IMG/VR virus record: IMGVR_UViG_3300044716_001642
Span: 1 to 64,000 of that record
Direction: 5' to 3' (one strand)
From: a virus
DNA length: 64,000 bases
A program made the translations under genes and the position numbers. Shown in pieces: positions 43,637 through 53,951 of the stretch. Under the pieces are notes generated by a model. It did no database searches. It worked only from the letters and a program-made list of their open reading frames with translations, and was not told the DNA's origin. Position 1 is the first letter of the stretch. Each line of letters begins with the position of its first letter.

Positions 43637-44581
43637 ATGAAAAAAGTTGCAGTTTTATCCAGATACAAAGAAAATAATAATTTTTGGCATGACTTGGTGT
43701 CTCAAAAATACGAAGTCATTGTTTACAATAAGCACAATGGGGACAACCTTCTTCCGAATATAGGCAGGGAAGGGCATACTTATCTAAATTATATAATTGA
43801 AAATTATGACAATTTGCCAGACGAATTACTATTTTCTCAATATGACCCAATTGATCATTTTAGCAAGAAAAGAAAAATTCCATTCGAGACCGAAATGAAT
43901 ATTTTCTTGAATAAAAATTTATTAGATTTTTGTGGGATAAGTCCGACTGACTTTGACATGATCGTGCGTAAAAGGACAATAAATTGGATTGGTTTTTCTA
44001 CAGAATTATACGGAAAATTTGAATCAAAAAAAATAAATGAATTACTTGCTTGTGGAGCAACGTTATACGGAATATTCAGAGTCTCTAAAAAGGCTATTTT
44101 AAGAAACAAAATTGATTTTTATAAAAAAGCTTTGGAAATGATTTCTAGAGGGGTTGATCCATATGAGGGGTATTACTTTGAAAGAATGTGGAAATTTATT
44201 TTTACAAAAATTGGATGTGAGCAAAAGCATTTGGAAATGTTTAATAATAAAATTTTTATGTTTGGATCGCTAGACCCCGATGCGCCATTTAGTAAAACTG
44301 AACAATGGAAATTAAATAATTATGGACATTTGAAGCTTTCTGAGGATGGAACATTAAGGTCAAATGGAAATATTTCATACTACTCTCACTTTAATGAAAG
44401 CTTTTGGACAACTAGAGACGGTTTTTTGTATCTGCTGGACGGATCTGGCGCAGCAACTTCCAGATTTCAAATACATGAAAGCGTTGATTTACAAGTGATG
44501 GTTGGCGACCAAAGTGTTGGGGGACCGAATGAATGGAGAGAAAGGATAATGAAATTATCTAAGCCATTTCTATTTATTTAA
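43637..44581 (+). CDS. DUF3431 family protein with C-terminal extension
   Basis: VLSRYKE, LPNIGREGHTYLNYIIENYDNLP, FERMW. Confidence 0.75.
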   Translation: MKKVAVLSRYKENNNFWHDLVSQKYEVIVYNKHNGDNLLPNIGREGHTYLNYIIENYDNLPDELLFSQYDPIDHFSKKRKIPFETEMNIFLNKNLLDFCGISPTDFDMIVRKRTINWIGFSTELYGKFESKKINELLACGATLYGIFRVSKKAILRNKIDFYKKALEMISRGVDPYEGYYFERMWKFIFTKIGCEQKHLEMFNNKIFMFGSLDPDAPFSKTEQWKLNNYGHLKLSEDGTLRSNGNISYYSHFNESFWTTRDGFLYLLDGSGAATSRFQIHESVDLQVMVGDQSVGGPNEWRERIMKLSKPFLFI

Positions 44582-44643
44582 AAAAATAATAATCTGAATT
44601 ATGGAAAAATTTGCCTTATGAATTTGTAGATCAATTTAAAAAA

Positions 44644-45984
44644 TTATTCAAAATCTTTCAATATGAAAGCATGCGAATCTTTTGGTATACAGGATTTGTT
44701 ATCTTCTGATAAAAACCAATACCATTTTTTCGCATCTTGAGGTTTTACATTTGTTCCATGCCCATCTGTCAAAACGAAAACAGCAGCAGGATATTTTTTC
44801 CCTTCTTTTTTAATTGATTTTTGGATGAAATTTTCTATTGAAATAAAACAAGTTCCTCCAAATCCATAAAGTTTTCCCGCGTTTACGTCGGCATCTTTCA
44901 GTTTATAAACCTGGGTATCAAAGCAATAATAGTGAACATTGAATTTTTCTTTTGGAAGTGAATTCGCTGCGCGCCAAAATCTTGGAGCTAAATCCGCACA
45001 TGAGCCTGAAGTGTCAAGCATCATCCAAACGTCTATTTTTTCATCTTTTGTTTTTTTGATTTCGTATTCGATTTCGGACGGAATAAAGAAATCGGTATTG
45101 ATTAAAGAGTTTCTGCGCGCCTTCACCAACCAGTGATTTTCTTCCCTTTCGGCTTTTCCGAATTTTAAACTCCACTTTTTAATAACGGTTTCCCATTTTT
45201 TCTTCTTTTTAGGTTTTACTTTTCCAAGCAATTTTACCATTCCGCCAGCCACATTACCTCTTGTTTTTGATTTTTCTTCTTTATTTTTAGACTCTTCATT
45301 TCTAGCCATTCTTTCGCATATATCTTTTAGGCTACCAGCTTCTTCTTCGGAAAGGGATTCAGCCAAGTCTTGAACCGCTTTTTCGCCATCTTCGCCATCG
45401 AAGGAATTAAGAGACTCATGCGAATTTGTTTCTAAATCTCCCTCTCCGGATTCTCCAGATCCCATGCCACAAATTGATATTTTTTCAACATCTGCATTTT
45501 CTTTTATTTTATTGAAATAAAATTCATACCCTTTATCATTTGGCACTTTTTCTTTTTTAAAGACGGTGTTTGCCCAGCAAAATTTATTTTTTGGATCTAT
45601 GTTTTTTCTATCAAAGCCAAAATATTTAACTAGCATTTCGTTAATTGGTATATCAAGGCAGGCATTTGTCAACTCTGGATTCAATTTGGTATTTATAGAG
45701 CAAGCCCTTTTCCCATGTTCAAGAATAACATGAAGACACTCATGACAAATAATAAAATTTTTCTTTTCTTGAGAAAGTTTATTCCAGAATTTTTTATTAA
45801 TCAAGAAGTCGATACATTGATTTTCTTTATTGAAGACTACGCAAGCAGTTGGAACATTTTTGGCGTTTGTATAAGATGGTCTAACTAGATCCCAAAATTT
45901 ATAGAAAACTCCGTGATGCTTGATAATGTCCCTAGATATTTCAGAAAATTCTGAATATTCAATTGGTTCATAAAAATCTTTCAT
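44644..45984 (-). CDS. DUF2201-like metallopeptidase + VWA-like domain protein
   Basis: HECLH (HEXXH); MIDAS-like LDTSGS, FGGT, VLTDG. Confidence 0.8.
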   Translation of the reverse strand: MKDFYEPIEYSEFSEISRDIIKHHGVFYKFWDLVRPSYTNAKNVPTACVVFNKENQCIDFLINKKFWNKLSQEKKNFIICHECLHVILEHGKRACSINTKLNPELTNACLDIPINEMLVKYFGFDRKNIDPKNKFCWANTVFKKEKVPNDKGYEFYFNKIKENADVEKISICGMGSGESGEGDLETNSHESLNSFDGEDGEKAVQDLAESLSEEEAGSLKDICERMARNEESKNKEEKSKTRGNVAGGMVKLLGKVKPKKKKKWETVIKKWSLKFGKAEREENHWLVKARRNSLINTDFFIPSEIEYEIKKTKDEKIDVWMMLDTSGSCADLAPRFWRAANSLPKEKFNVHYYCFDTQVYKLKDADVNAGKLYGFGGTCFISIENFIQKSIKKEGKKYPAAVFVLTDGHGTNVKPQDAKKWYWFLSEDNKSCIPKDSHAFILKDFE

Positions 45985-46042
45985 ACAGGAAGACTATAAT
46001 CTATACATGTAATTTGATAGCTTGTCAAGTTAACAATTTTAG

Positions 46043-46588
46043 CTATTCGCAAGAATAATATTCAGTTTGTAGTTTTAAATTCACAGTAGAGGTATTGTCA
46101 GTAAAGCTTGAATCGTTGAATAAAACTTTATTGGTTGGCTGAATGGTTAATCTTCCATTGTGTAATTTTATAAATTTAAATTCCTTTGACTGCTCTGGTG
46201 CGTTTGAAAAACCGTCTCCAATAGGAGCAACTGTGAATAAATATTCACCATCTAGGAAATTATCTTTAATTTTGCATGAACAGCCTAGCCCTTTTAAATA
46301 GGTATACTCAACGCTTGTCCAATCATAACCGTAGCAATCCCATAATTGTGAGTCATCCGCCTTCCAAATTTTTTGCCTTGGGTTTTCTGAAAATGAAATT
46401 GTATGTGGGGGCAATGATCTGTAAACCGCGCCATTTTCAAACATTACATTCAAGCCCCAAGTCCTACCAGGAAAACTAACAAGTCCAAACCAAACCGCCC
46501 TTACAAATCCTGCAGAATTTTTATGAGTAAAATTGGAGTCAACCCAAATATACTGATGCTTAGGTATTGATCCAATTAAAGTATTCAT
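46043..46588 (-). CDS. Hypothetical phage protein
   Basis: ENGAVYRSLPPH, QLWDCYG, GEYLFTV, QPTNKV. Confidence 0.75.
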   Translation of the reverse strand: MNTLIGSIPKHQYIWVDSNFTHKNSAGFVRAVWFGLVSFPGRTWGLNVMFENGAVYRSLPPHTISFSENPRQKIWKADDSQLWDCYGYDWTSVEYTYLKGLGCSCKIKDNFLDGEYLFTVAPIGDGFSNAPEQSKEFKFIKLHNGRLTIQPTNKVLFNDSSFTDNTSTVNLKLQTEYYSCE

Positions 46589-46848
46589 TTTTCAATATCA
46601 AAATCATCCACCTTACTTGTGAAGTCGTGCCGGTTTTCTACAATTAAATTGAATAAATTTAAAATTTCTTTTTCAAATTCTAATTGTTTATGATCTTCCA
46701 ATTTAGAAACCATAAAATCTATAATTGACACGCACATTCCTGCTACAGTCGCAGGGTCCAGACTTGCCGTATTAATTTGCCTACAAGCCGGCAATTCTTG
46801 ATCGACTATTCCCACTTCAAAAACTGGGAGAAAAGATACTTTATTCAT
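46585..46848 (-). CDS. Hypothetical protein
   Basis: ATGA-coupled ORF. Confidence 0.6.
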   Translation of the reverse strand: MNKVSFLPVFEVGIVDQELPACRQINTASLDPATVAGMCVSIIDFMVSKLEDHKQLEFEKEILNLFNLIVENRHDFTSKVDDFDIEK

Positions 46849-46859
46849 GTTTTTTTTAT

Positions 46860-47447
46860 TTATTTTTCACAGCTTATCACCTTTTGACCATTAGAAAAAT
46901 TTATTTCATTTATTAAAACTTTATTCAAATCTCCTGGCGTAATACATTCAGTAACCTTTTTTTTAGAAGATGTCCAGTAATATTGTTCATTTTCTTTATA
47001 GAATCTATTAGTATTATCATTATCTCCTATTACGCACGTTGGTCTAACTATGCAGTTATTTTTATAGATTTCATTTACAAACTTCTCGCAAAGAGATTTA
47101 TTATACGCATAAGATTTCATAACCTCGTCTGCATATTCATGTAAAACAGAAATAGTGGATATGTATATATACTTATGACATCTTAAATATTTTGATATAT
47201 TAGACAATTGAATAACTTTGTAACCAGAAAAATCAAACACAAAATCATAGAAATCATTAAATATTATCTGGCAATCTTTTTCTAGGTTTCTGTCGCATTT
47301 TATTTTATTTAAATTTGAAAACAATTCAGGGTTAGATACTCCTCTATTGCATAGAGTTATCTTTTTGGTGTTTTGGCTACACTCTAGCTCCTCAACAAAG
47401 CTTCTACCAAGAAATTGCGTGCCTCCTAAAATTAATATATTTGACAT
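46860..47447 (-). CDS. Short NAD-dependent epimerase/dehydratase-like protein
   Basis: ILILGGTQFLG, YIYIST, YAYNK (YxxxK), IVRP. Confidence 0.75.
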   Translation of the reverse strand: MSNILILGGTQFLGRSFVEELECSQNTKKITLCNRGVSNPELFSNLNKIKCDRNLEKDCQIIFNDFYDFVFDFSGYKVIQLSNISKYLRCHKYIYISTISVLHEYADEVMKSYAYNKSLCEKFVNEIYKNNCIVRPTCVIGDNDNTNRFYKENEQYYWTSSKKKVTECITPGDLNKVLINEINFSNGQKVISCEK

Positions 47448-47461
47448 ATTTTATTTATAAA

Positions 47462-48415
47462 TTAGATAATATTTAAATCTTCTTTACTGGATATAAATTT
47501 CATTGGTTTTTTAAAAAAAACTTGATAATTCTTAGCTTTTTCCAAATTCCATGGATTTTTTGGATCCCAGTCTTCAAATAGGGGTAAACCATTCCTTATT
47601 TGATCTTCAAAGTCTTCGAAATTTTTATGTACAAATTGCACCGGATCAGAGTGAAACCAGTTGGTATTAACATACCTATTAAATGTGGCTGGCTGAACAC
47701 CATGATAAGATTTTTTCGATATTTTAAAAATAAATAAACTATTATTGATCGGCGGAATTGTTTTAATTATATTGCGACCACTCTCATGACTGTAAATAAA
47801 AGTTCCGCCGCCATCTTGCTCTTTTAAATCTTTCTTATTATTCAGATAAAATAAAAACGCTACTGATCTTACTGCATGCTCTACAGCATCTGGATCATAA
47901 TCCATATTAGTATGCGTATATAATCTATTATTAAATTGCATATTGTTTAAATAGTTGCTTTCGCTCTCGTTTTTTGTGAATTTACATACATTTAAATCGG
48001 TATGAGGCCAGCCTAGTACCGACGGATTGTCAATTTGCCCTTCGTGCAAATGGCAAGATGAAGAGAAAAATCTTGTTAATTGTAAATCAAAAATTCTGGA
48101 AATAAAGTTTTTAAAATTCTCAGATGTAAAAAAAGAATAGCCCGTGTTTTCAGCGGCTTTAGGATAAATATTTGCTATTTTGGCATATTTTTTTGAGGTT
48201 CCGCCCGCTGAATAACTATCATTACTAACTTTTGAACATAATTCATTTGCACGACCGCACATTTCTTGGTAAGTTTCTTCGTTAAATATATTAAAAAGCC
48301 TAATGTGTTCGTATGGGTAGGAGTAGTATTCACCACTAATATTGTTACTGAATATTCCAAGCCCTCTTAATGTATTTAGAAACTGCTGCAAAATGAAGTA
48401 TTTATTTATATTCAT
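47462..48415 (-). CDS. 2OG-Fe(II) oxygenase (prolyl hydroxylase-like)
   Basis: PHTD, RSVAFLFYLN, GGGT, PINNSLFIF, SYHGV, R. Confidence 0.75.
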   Translation of the reverse strand: MNINKYFILQQFLNTLRGLGIFSNNISGEYYSYPYEHIRLFNIFNEETYQEMCGRANELCSKVSNDSYSAGGTSKKYAKIANIYPKAAENTGYSFFTSENFKNFISRIFDLQLTRFFSSSCHLHEGQIDNPSVLGWPHTDLNVCKFTKNESESNYLNNMQFNNRLYTHTNMDYDPDAVEHAVRSVAFLFYLNNKKDLKEQDGGGTFIYSHESGRNIIKTIPPINNSLFIFKISKKSYHGVQPATFNRYVNTNWFHSDPVQFVHKNFEDFEDQIRNGLPLFEDWDPKNPWNLEKAKNYQVFFKKPMKFISSKEDLNII

Positions 48416-48637
48416 ATTTTTAATTCAAAATTTTACAACCCAAAAATAAATACATTGAGATTATTAAAGATAGAATCAATATTAATTTAATTTTTATTTT
48501 CGTTGTCACTCTTTTTTTTATTCCAATTTATTTGGTCATAATTGTCATAATACTTTTTACTGATATTTCTTGGCTTGTCGCCTTTTCCGGCATCACTTTT
48601 TGATTTAAAAATAGAATCTTTATTGTTTGACATATTA

Positions 48638-48835
48638 TTATTTTATATTTTTATTCAATTTCAATAATCTTTCGAATCCTCTTCTGCAAGCAATGTCTCC
48701 TATAGCCCAATCATCTCTTGAAGTTTGCTTTTTTGTCCAATCTTCAATAGTTTTAACAGCATTGATTACTTTTTTTGGAACAATTGTTGCTCTTACGTCT
48801 GTGTTTTTATTTTCTTTTGCGCTTTTCATTTTCAA
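48638..48835 (-). CDS. Hypothetical protein
   Basis: ATG ORF in run. Confidence 0.55.
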   Translation of the reverse strand: MKMKSAKENKNTDVRATIVPKKVINAVKTIEDWTKKQTSRDDWAIGDIACRRGFERLLKLNKNIK

Positions 48836-48844
48836 AAATTATAT

Positions 48845-49399
48845 TTACCAAACCCATCCAGCTTTAGGAACGAATAAATTACCGCCTTGATGTTCTTTCC
48901 ATTGTTTGATTGGAGCAACTAAATCTTGATTGAGCCTTTGGGAAGCAAATCTTAAAATTCTTAAATTGGGCCACGCCATGGGTCTAACTTGGATAATTTC
49001 ATCAAGTGCTTCGACCGGAGTTTTACCCTGTAATACCCAAGCAATTATTCCTATTGCCGTTGATCTAGACACGCCAGCAAAGCAATTAATGCCAAGATTA
49101 TACACAGTACTGGAATCAACCAGCGGTTCGATAAAAGAAATAATATTGTTAACATGTTGTTCTTGTGGTCCTTGCTGCTCTATGTTTTTTTGAATGTATT
49201 CATCATTGTCTTCATCAGACCAATCATAAAAATATTGTGCAAAATGTTTAACATTTCTTTTGCATAAATTTCCTCTCATCATTCTGATTTTATTCTCGTC
49301 CTCTTCATCGACTGTAGAAATCCAAGCATTTTGCTTAAGTTCTTTGAAAGAACTGGATACAGCATCGGAAAGATCAGTTATCGTAACGCTATTTATCAT
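48845..49399 (-). CDS. Protein tyrosine/dual-specificity phosphatase-like
   Basis: CX5R loop NCFAGVSRS; RPMAWPN. Confidence 0.8.
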   Translation of the reverse strand: MINSVTITDLSDAVSSSFKELKQNAWISTVDEEDENKIRMMRGNLCKRNVKHFAQYFYDWSDEDNDEYIQKNIEQQGPQEQHVNNIISFIEPLVDSSTVYNLGINCFAGVSRSTAIGIIAWVLQGKTPVEALDEIIQVRPMAWPNLRILRFASQRLNQDLVAPIKQWKEHQGGNLFVPKAGWVW

Positions 49400-49598
49400 T
49401 AAATTTATTTAAAAATTGGCCAAGATCCCAACTATAAACGCCGTGATCGCCATCATCGAGTATGGGACAAGTCTTTCCTCTCATGAAATTATCCCATTCT
49501 TCTCGTAATTCATTTGGAATGTTTATCAAAATTTCGCTTTCTTTAATGGCTTGAGCCTCTAAAGTTTTTTCATTTAAAATTTTTACCCAATCTTTCAT
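49389..49598 (-). CDS. Hypothetical protein
   Basis: Overlapping ORF in run. Confidence 0.6.
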   Translation of the reverse strand: MKDWVKILNEKTLEAQAIKESEILINIPNELREEWDNFMRGKTCPILDDGDHGVYSWDLGQFLNKFNDK

Positions 49599-50080
49599 TT
49601 TATTAATGATAATGCTTTTTCAGTATTCAGAACGATTTGTTTGTATTCTTCTAGTTTATTAGCGAGGAAGTCTTTACCGACAATTGCTGGTTTCCCATGA
49701 TCTGTTACGACCAATTGGCAATCGATTCCCGTATTGATGATATAACCATATCCATCCATCTCCCATTGATGATTTAAAATTTCAAATTTATGAATAATTT
49801 TGCCAAATTCTTTTTCTATTTTTTTCTCAACCCCAGTTGAATGCGGCAAATCATCCCAAGATCCAATTATTTCTGGATACTTCACAGATGCTTCCATATA
49901 TTCATAATCATCAAGAGTGATGTTAAAATCCGTCGGGATATTTTCCATGGCTTCTTTAAAATTAAACTTACTTCCATCGCCGTAAGATGTTGTAAAATTA
50001 ATTTCCTGCAATTTGTTCTTTGCTTTAAGAAAAGCCACTTCTTTTTCTAATTCTTCTACTCGTTGTTCAATGTATTTCAT
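49595..50080 (-). CDS. Hypothetical protein
   Basis: ATGA-coupled ORF. Confidence 0.65.
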   Translation of the reverse strand: MKYIEQRVEELEKEVAFLKAKNKLQEINFTTSYGDGSKFNFKEAMENIPTDFNITLDDYEYMEASVKYPEIIGSWDDLPHSTGVEKKIEKEFGKIIHKFEILNHQWEMDGYGYIINTGIDCQLVVTDHGKPAIVGKDFLANKLEEYKQIVLNTEKALSLIK

Positions 50081-50215
50081 AATAATCTCCTATATCGTAC
50101 TGCGTCCAAGTGTGTTTGTCTACTAAAATTTCAATCAAGCCTTCTGATTCATCTTCAACATAAAATGAATAGCGTTTAAAAAACCAAAAGCCCCAAACAT
50201 CTTTATGGTAAATTT

Positions 50216-50491
50216 TCATTTATATTGCTCAAGACCTTTCTCCAGAAGATCTGAAATAACTTGATTAATTGAAACGTCTTTGTCACAAGACTCTTGGATA
50301 AGAAATTCTAGAATTTCTCTATCAACCTCATTCAAATCGATATCAATAGTAGCAAATTTTTCAAGTAAAATTCCTTCTTCTGTTTCTTTAATAGAAAACT
50401 TGTCTCCTTGCTTAATATTAAGTTGCGCAAGTTCATCTTCTGTGAATTTAACACAGACATCTCCTGTTGGTTCTACTGTTTTTTTAATCAT
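50216..50491 (-). CDS. AbrB/MazE-like swapped-hairpin protein
   Basis: GDVCVKFTEDELAQLNIKQGDKFSIKETEEGILL. Confidence 0.55.
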   Translation of the reverse strand: MIKKTVEPTGDVCVKFTEDELAQLNIKQGDKFSIKETEEGILLEKFATIDIDLNEVDREILEFLIQESCDKDVSINQVISDLLEKGLEQYK

Positions 50492-50829
50492 AAAAGTTTT
50501 TCTAGTAATTCTTTTTCGTTACAAACAAATTCACAATCAGTCCAGTCTCTGCTTTGAACGCTATTGTCTAATTTGTCATCTAAAATTGTGTGGGCGGTTT
50601 TTAGTGCTTTTTTTGCATCCTTACTCAACTTGCATTTCAATAGTGTTAAAATAGCTTCGACATCGTCATCATCCAAATCAAATCTTAGCTTACTACCATC
50701 ATACTTTGATCCATATCCAAAGTCAAGTATTAATTCTACATGAGGATCAAATTCTCCAAAACATTTTCCAGAGAAATCAGAATAATAAACTGCTTCTTCT
50801 CGCTGTGCTGGTCTAGTTGTTTTTTTCAT
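50488..50829 (-). CDS. Hypothetical protein
   Basis: ATGA-coupled ORF. Confidence 0.65.
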   Translation of the reverse strand: MKKTTRPAQREEAVYYSDFSGKCFGEFDPHVELILDFGYGSKYDGSKLRFDLDDDDVEAILTLLKCKLSKDAKKALKTAHTILDDKLDNSVQSRDWTDCEFVCNEKELLEKLL

Positions 50830-51122
50830 TTTAAATGTTCCTTAACTACCTCCCATAATGACGGAATATCATAACAAATTTCCTTGCCATTTTTATCTGT
50901 TGCTAAATTTACCTTATCGTTGAATCCGATTCGTTCGTATAGGTACCAATCAACCCATCCGCAACCCTCTTCATCGAAGACGCCCTTCATAAGAATATCA
51001 ATTATTTTAAAATAAGAATCTTCAAAATCTAAAAGATCTATATCTAATTTATACAGCGCCGATGAACGTTCCCTTACTTTTTCAATTGTTTCAATCAGGT
51101 CTTTGAATTGTTCGTATTCCAT
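50826..51122 (-). CDS. Hypothetical phage protein
   Basis: GWVDWYLYE motif; coupled ORF. Confidence 0.7.
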   Translation of the reverse strand: MEYEQFKDLIETIEKVRERSSALYKLDIDLLDFEDSYFKIIDILMKGVFDEEGCGWVDWYLYERIGFNDKVNLATDKNGKEICYDIPSLWEVVKEHLK

Positions 51123-51125
51123 ATA

Positions 51126-51383
51126 TTAAAATTCTATTTTTAGAGTCGTGAAAACATTAGTTTCTTTTATTTCATTTTTAAAACAATCAAGATCAACATT
51201 GATGGCATTTGAAATACTGATCAAAACCTTATGATCTTCATAAATCTTAAAAAGATGTTCGACTTTGCCGCTTGACGATAAGTGTTTGTCGTTTTGTTGC
51301 GAATAGTTTGTGTTACCATTAAAGTTTACCTGAGTAAAACTAACATTAGCACTTATTAAAATTAAAGCAAGTGCTAGTTTCAT
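51126..51383 (-). CDS. Hypothetical secreted protein
   Basis: Signal-like N-terminus. Confidence 0.5.
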   Translation of the reverse strand: MKLALALILISANVSFTQVNFNGNTNYSQQNDKHLSSSGKVEHLFKIYEDHKVLISISNAINVDLDCFKNEIKETNVFTTLKIEF

Positions 51384-51973
51384 AGTATGTTTCTGATGAT
51401 GAAATATCGAATAATATCAAAAAAGCGAGACGTTGAATAGCAGCGCTTTTCTATTTTCTTCCATAACCAAAACCAGCCAGAATATTTTCTAAGCTTGTAA
51501 CAGAAGCTATTTTGTTTGCTCTCGTAAGTCTTCCAATACTCATCCATTTTTACTTTACGGTTTTCGTATTTTTCAACCTTGGCTAATTCTAGTTTATCTA
51601 GCTTCCCATAAACGAAATAAGCGTCAAAGTCTACCCAAATAGATTCTTGATCATTTAAATCAAGAGTTTCATAAAAAACAATCTTGCCATGAAAATCTAC
51701 CTTCTTTGTTTCTTGTTTTACTATCTTTTGATCTTTGACAAGATTCCAAGGCTTGTGGTTTTTTTGCTTCTTTTCCTCTTCTGTATAATACGTGTACTCA
51801 TACTCTATTACCTCCTCCAACAGCTCTCCGTCTTCTGAGATAATATAAGTCTCCAAACAATTATCCAAATCTTTGGTTTGGTATTGCAATTCGTTCCACT
51901 TCACAGAAAGACCTTTTAGTTCTTCTGTAAGTGGTAATTCCTTTTTACATTTAATATATGAAAACATTCCCAT
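51380..51973 (-). CDS. Hypothetical phage protein
   Basis: MGMFSYIKC, YQTKDLDN motifs. Confidence 0.7.
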   Translation of the reverse strand: MGMFSYIKCKKELPLTEELKGLSVKWNELQYQTKDLDNCLETYIISEDGELLEEVIEYEYTYYTEEEKKQKNHKPWNLVKDQKIVKQETKKVDFHGKIVFYETLDLNDQESIWVDFDAYFVYGKLDKLELAKVEKYENRKVKMDEYWKTYESKQNSFCYKLRKYSGWFWLWKKIEKRCYSTSRFFDIIRYFIIRNIL

Positions 51974-52010
51974 GAGTTTTAGTATAAATTATTATTTGTT
52001 TAGGTCAACA

Positions 52011-52649
52011 TTACAGCCAATTTAAAGCACAAGAAGTAACTGGAAATTCTTTAACAAAAATCTTTTTAATTTCTTCTGCAATAATTCTGTGCTCTTTTTG
52101 CGTATCTTCTTTTGTTCTTAGTTCCAAATAATGTATCCAAGAACGAATTGTACCAGACATAAACAATGTAGTGGATGTAGTCAAAGGCAGAACCATTCTA
52201 GCACATTCTTTAGCAATACCGTTTCCAATAAGCTTATCGTAAAGTTCTTTACAATTAGTTAAAGTAGCATCGACTTCGTATTTTAGCTCTGGTGACAAAT
52301 CTATTTCTTCGTCCCCAACTTGTCTATTTGTTTTACCCTGCATTCTCCATTCAATATCTTCAAAAGAAGTAGATTGGGAATATCTTTGTGAAAATTCTTG
52401 AAAACTAAAACTACGATGTCTAAGAATTTGTGCTGCAATGGCTCTTGAAGTTTTAATTTCTACGCACATATTGACCATCTCATACGGACTGAAATGTTTA
52501 TGAGTGATTAGATACTTTAGAAGCTTTGGAGCAGTTTCGACATTGAGTTGGTTTGATGGATTAGAAACTCTTGCACAATAAGATATCAAATCTTCGGCAG
52601 TTTTTAGTCCTTCTATGTTAGGTTGTGTGAGTGATATTAATTTGATCAT
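52011..52649 (-). CDS. thyX: FAD-dependent thymidylate synthase ThyX
   Basis: YCARVS, HFSPYE, QILRHRSFSFQEFSQRY, AKECARMVLP, RSWIHY, QKEH. Confidence 0.95.
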   Translation of the reverse strand: MIKLISLTQPNIEGLKTAEDLISYCARVSNPSNQLNVETAPKLLKYLITHKHFSPYEMVNMCVEIKTSRAIAAQILRHRSFSFQEFSQRYSQSTSFEDIEWRMQGKTNRQVGDEEIDLSPELKYEVDATLTNCKELYDKLIGNGIAKECARMVLPLTTSTTLFMSGTIRSWIHYLELRTKEDTQKEHRIIAEEIKKIFVKEFPVTSCALNWL

Positions 52650-53263
52650 GTCCAGAAATATTCTCTACGTTTAATAAGTTCAGTTAGAACTTCTGTATCT
52701 CGGTTTTTAATCTCTTCTTCGATTCTATTGACGTCCTTATATTTTACTTCATAAGGGATACCATCGTCTTTCATATATATTCTAGTTGTTCCGTCTTCTT
52801 GTGGAATGCGCTCAAACATTTCTTCAATTGGTTTGGAAGGAGGATAAGCATTTTGTAGATCAATTTCTAGTTGAGGTTTAATCTTAGTTACATATTCGTA
52901 AGCTTTTTCCAACCATTCCGCAAACTCTTTATGATGTTCTGTTGCTTCCCAATCTACAATATCAGCCTTGTATTCATCTTCGTAGAATGCTTTAATAAAT
53001 TCAAAATTAACACTCACTACCAATTCAGTAACATCAACCCAAGTACGAGGAATAGACTTTCTAATCTTTTGGTTTTGAGGTTTAATGATTGGTCTAATTT
53101 TATCGTAATATGTCATTCTCCAGCTATAAGGAAACAAATCCCAAGCATCCCAAAAGCCATATTTTTCAAAAATATAACTCCTTACTTTTCCAAATAGAGT
53201 TTCATCCTTTTTGGGAAAATCTTTCAAGCAGTGATTTTTAGCTATAAATTTTTCTTCGTTCAT
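52646..53263 (-). CDS. Hypothetical protein
   Basis: ATGA-coupled 205-aa ORF. Confidence 0.7.
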   Translation of the reverse strand: MNEEKFIAKNHCLKDFPKKDETLFGKVRSYIFEKYGFWDAWDLFPYSWRMTYYDKIRPIIKPQNQKIRKSIPRTWVDVTELVVSVNFEFIKAFYEDEYKADIVDWEATEHHKEFAEWLEKAYEYVTKIKPQLEIDLQNAYPPSKPIEEMFERIPQEDGTTRIYMKDDGIPYEVKYKDVNRIEEEIKNRDTEVLTELIKRREYFWT

Positions 53264-53544
53264 TTTTTATTCATCCATTTGTTAAATTTTTCAGCAGTAT
53301 CTTGCAAGTGGTTTTCACAAGCAATTATAGCATCTTCTTCTGTCTTATAAAACTTATTAGAAATTTTTGTAATATCATCATCAAACTTTCCAAAGTATAA
53401 ACCTCCAATAAAGCCACAATGTTGCCCAAAATCATAATCACTATCTACAATATATTCCCAACCAATAACAGGTACTTTTGCAGAATACCAATAACCAGAT
53501 TTATCATCAAGCCATTTCTTCTTCCAATTTAATTTAGTTTTCAT
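53260..53544 (-). CDS. Hypothetical protein (start revised to 53544)
   Basis: ATGA overlap with upstream stop. Confidence 0.65.
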   Translation of the reverse strand: MKTKLNWKKKWLDDKSGYWYSAKVPVIGWEYIVDSDYDFGQHCGFIGGLYFGKFDDDITKISNKFYKTEEDAIIACENHLQDTAEKFNKWMNKK

Positions 53545-53951
53545 TTCAAGTTCAATAAATAGTCTATATGTTTTTGAAGATTTGTCAAGTCTTCTTCTAG
53601 GATTCCACAAACTTCTAATTTTGCTGTTGGTCCCGAATAACCTTCTCTGTCATGTAATTTTACTTCTGGATAGTATCTCAAATCAAATGTAAAATAATCT
53701 TCAAAAACTGGCATGAGTGCTTCTAGATGAAGTCTTTTAAATTTTTCATTTTTACTTTTAAATCCGAATTGCCACCATAATGAAGATTCCTCTATATCTG
53801 GTTTTTCTTTAGCAACCGACATATCTTTCCAGTTACCACAATAACGACCATCAGAATACCAAAGGCATTCAAGATTCTCAAAACCATGTTCTTTTAGAAC
53901 TTCGCGGAAAAAATCTACTTTTTTAATTATTTTAATTAATTCTGGACTCAT
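53541..53951 (-). CDS. Hypothetical protein (start revised to 53951)
   Basis: ORF in coupled run. Confidence 0.6.
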   Translation of the reverse strand: MSPELIKIIKKVDFFREVLKEHGFENLECLWYSDGRYCGNWKDMSVAKEKPDIEESSLWWQFGFKSKNEKFKRLHLEALMPVFEDYFTFDLRYYPEVKLHDREGYSGPTAKLEVCGILEEDLTNLQKHIDYLLNLK

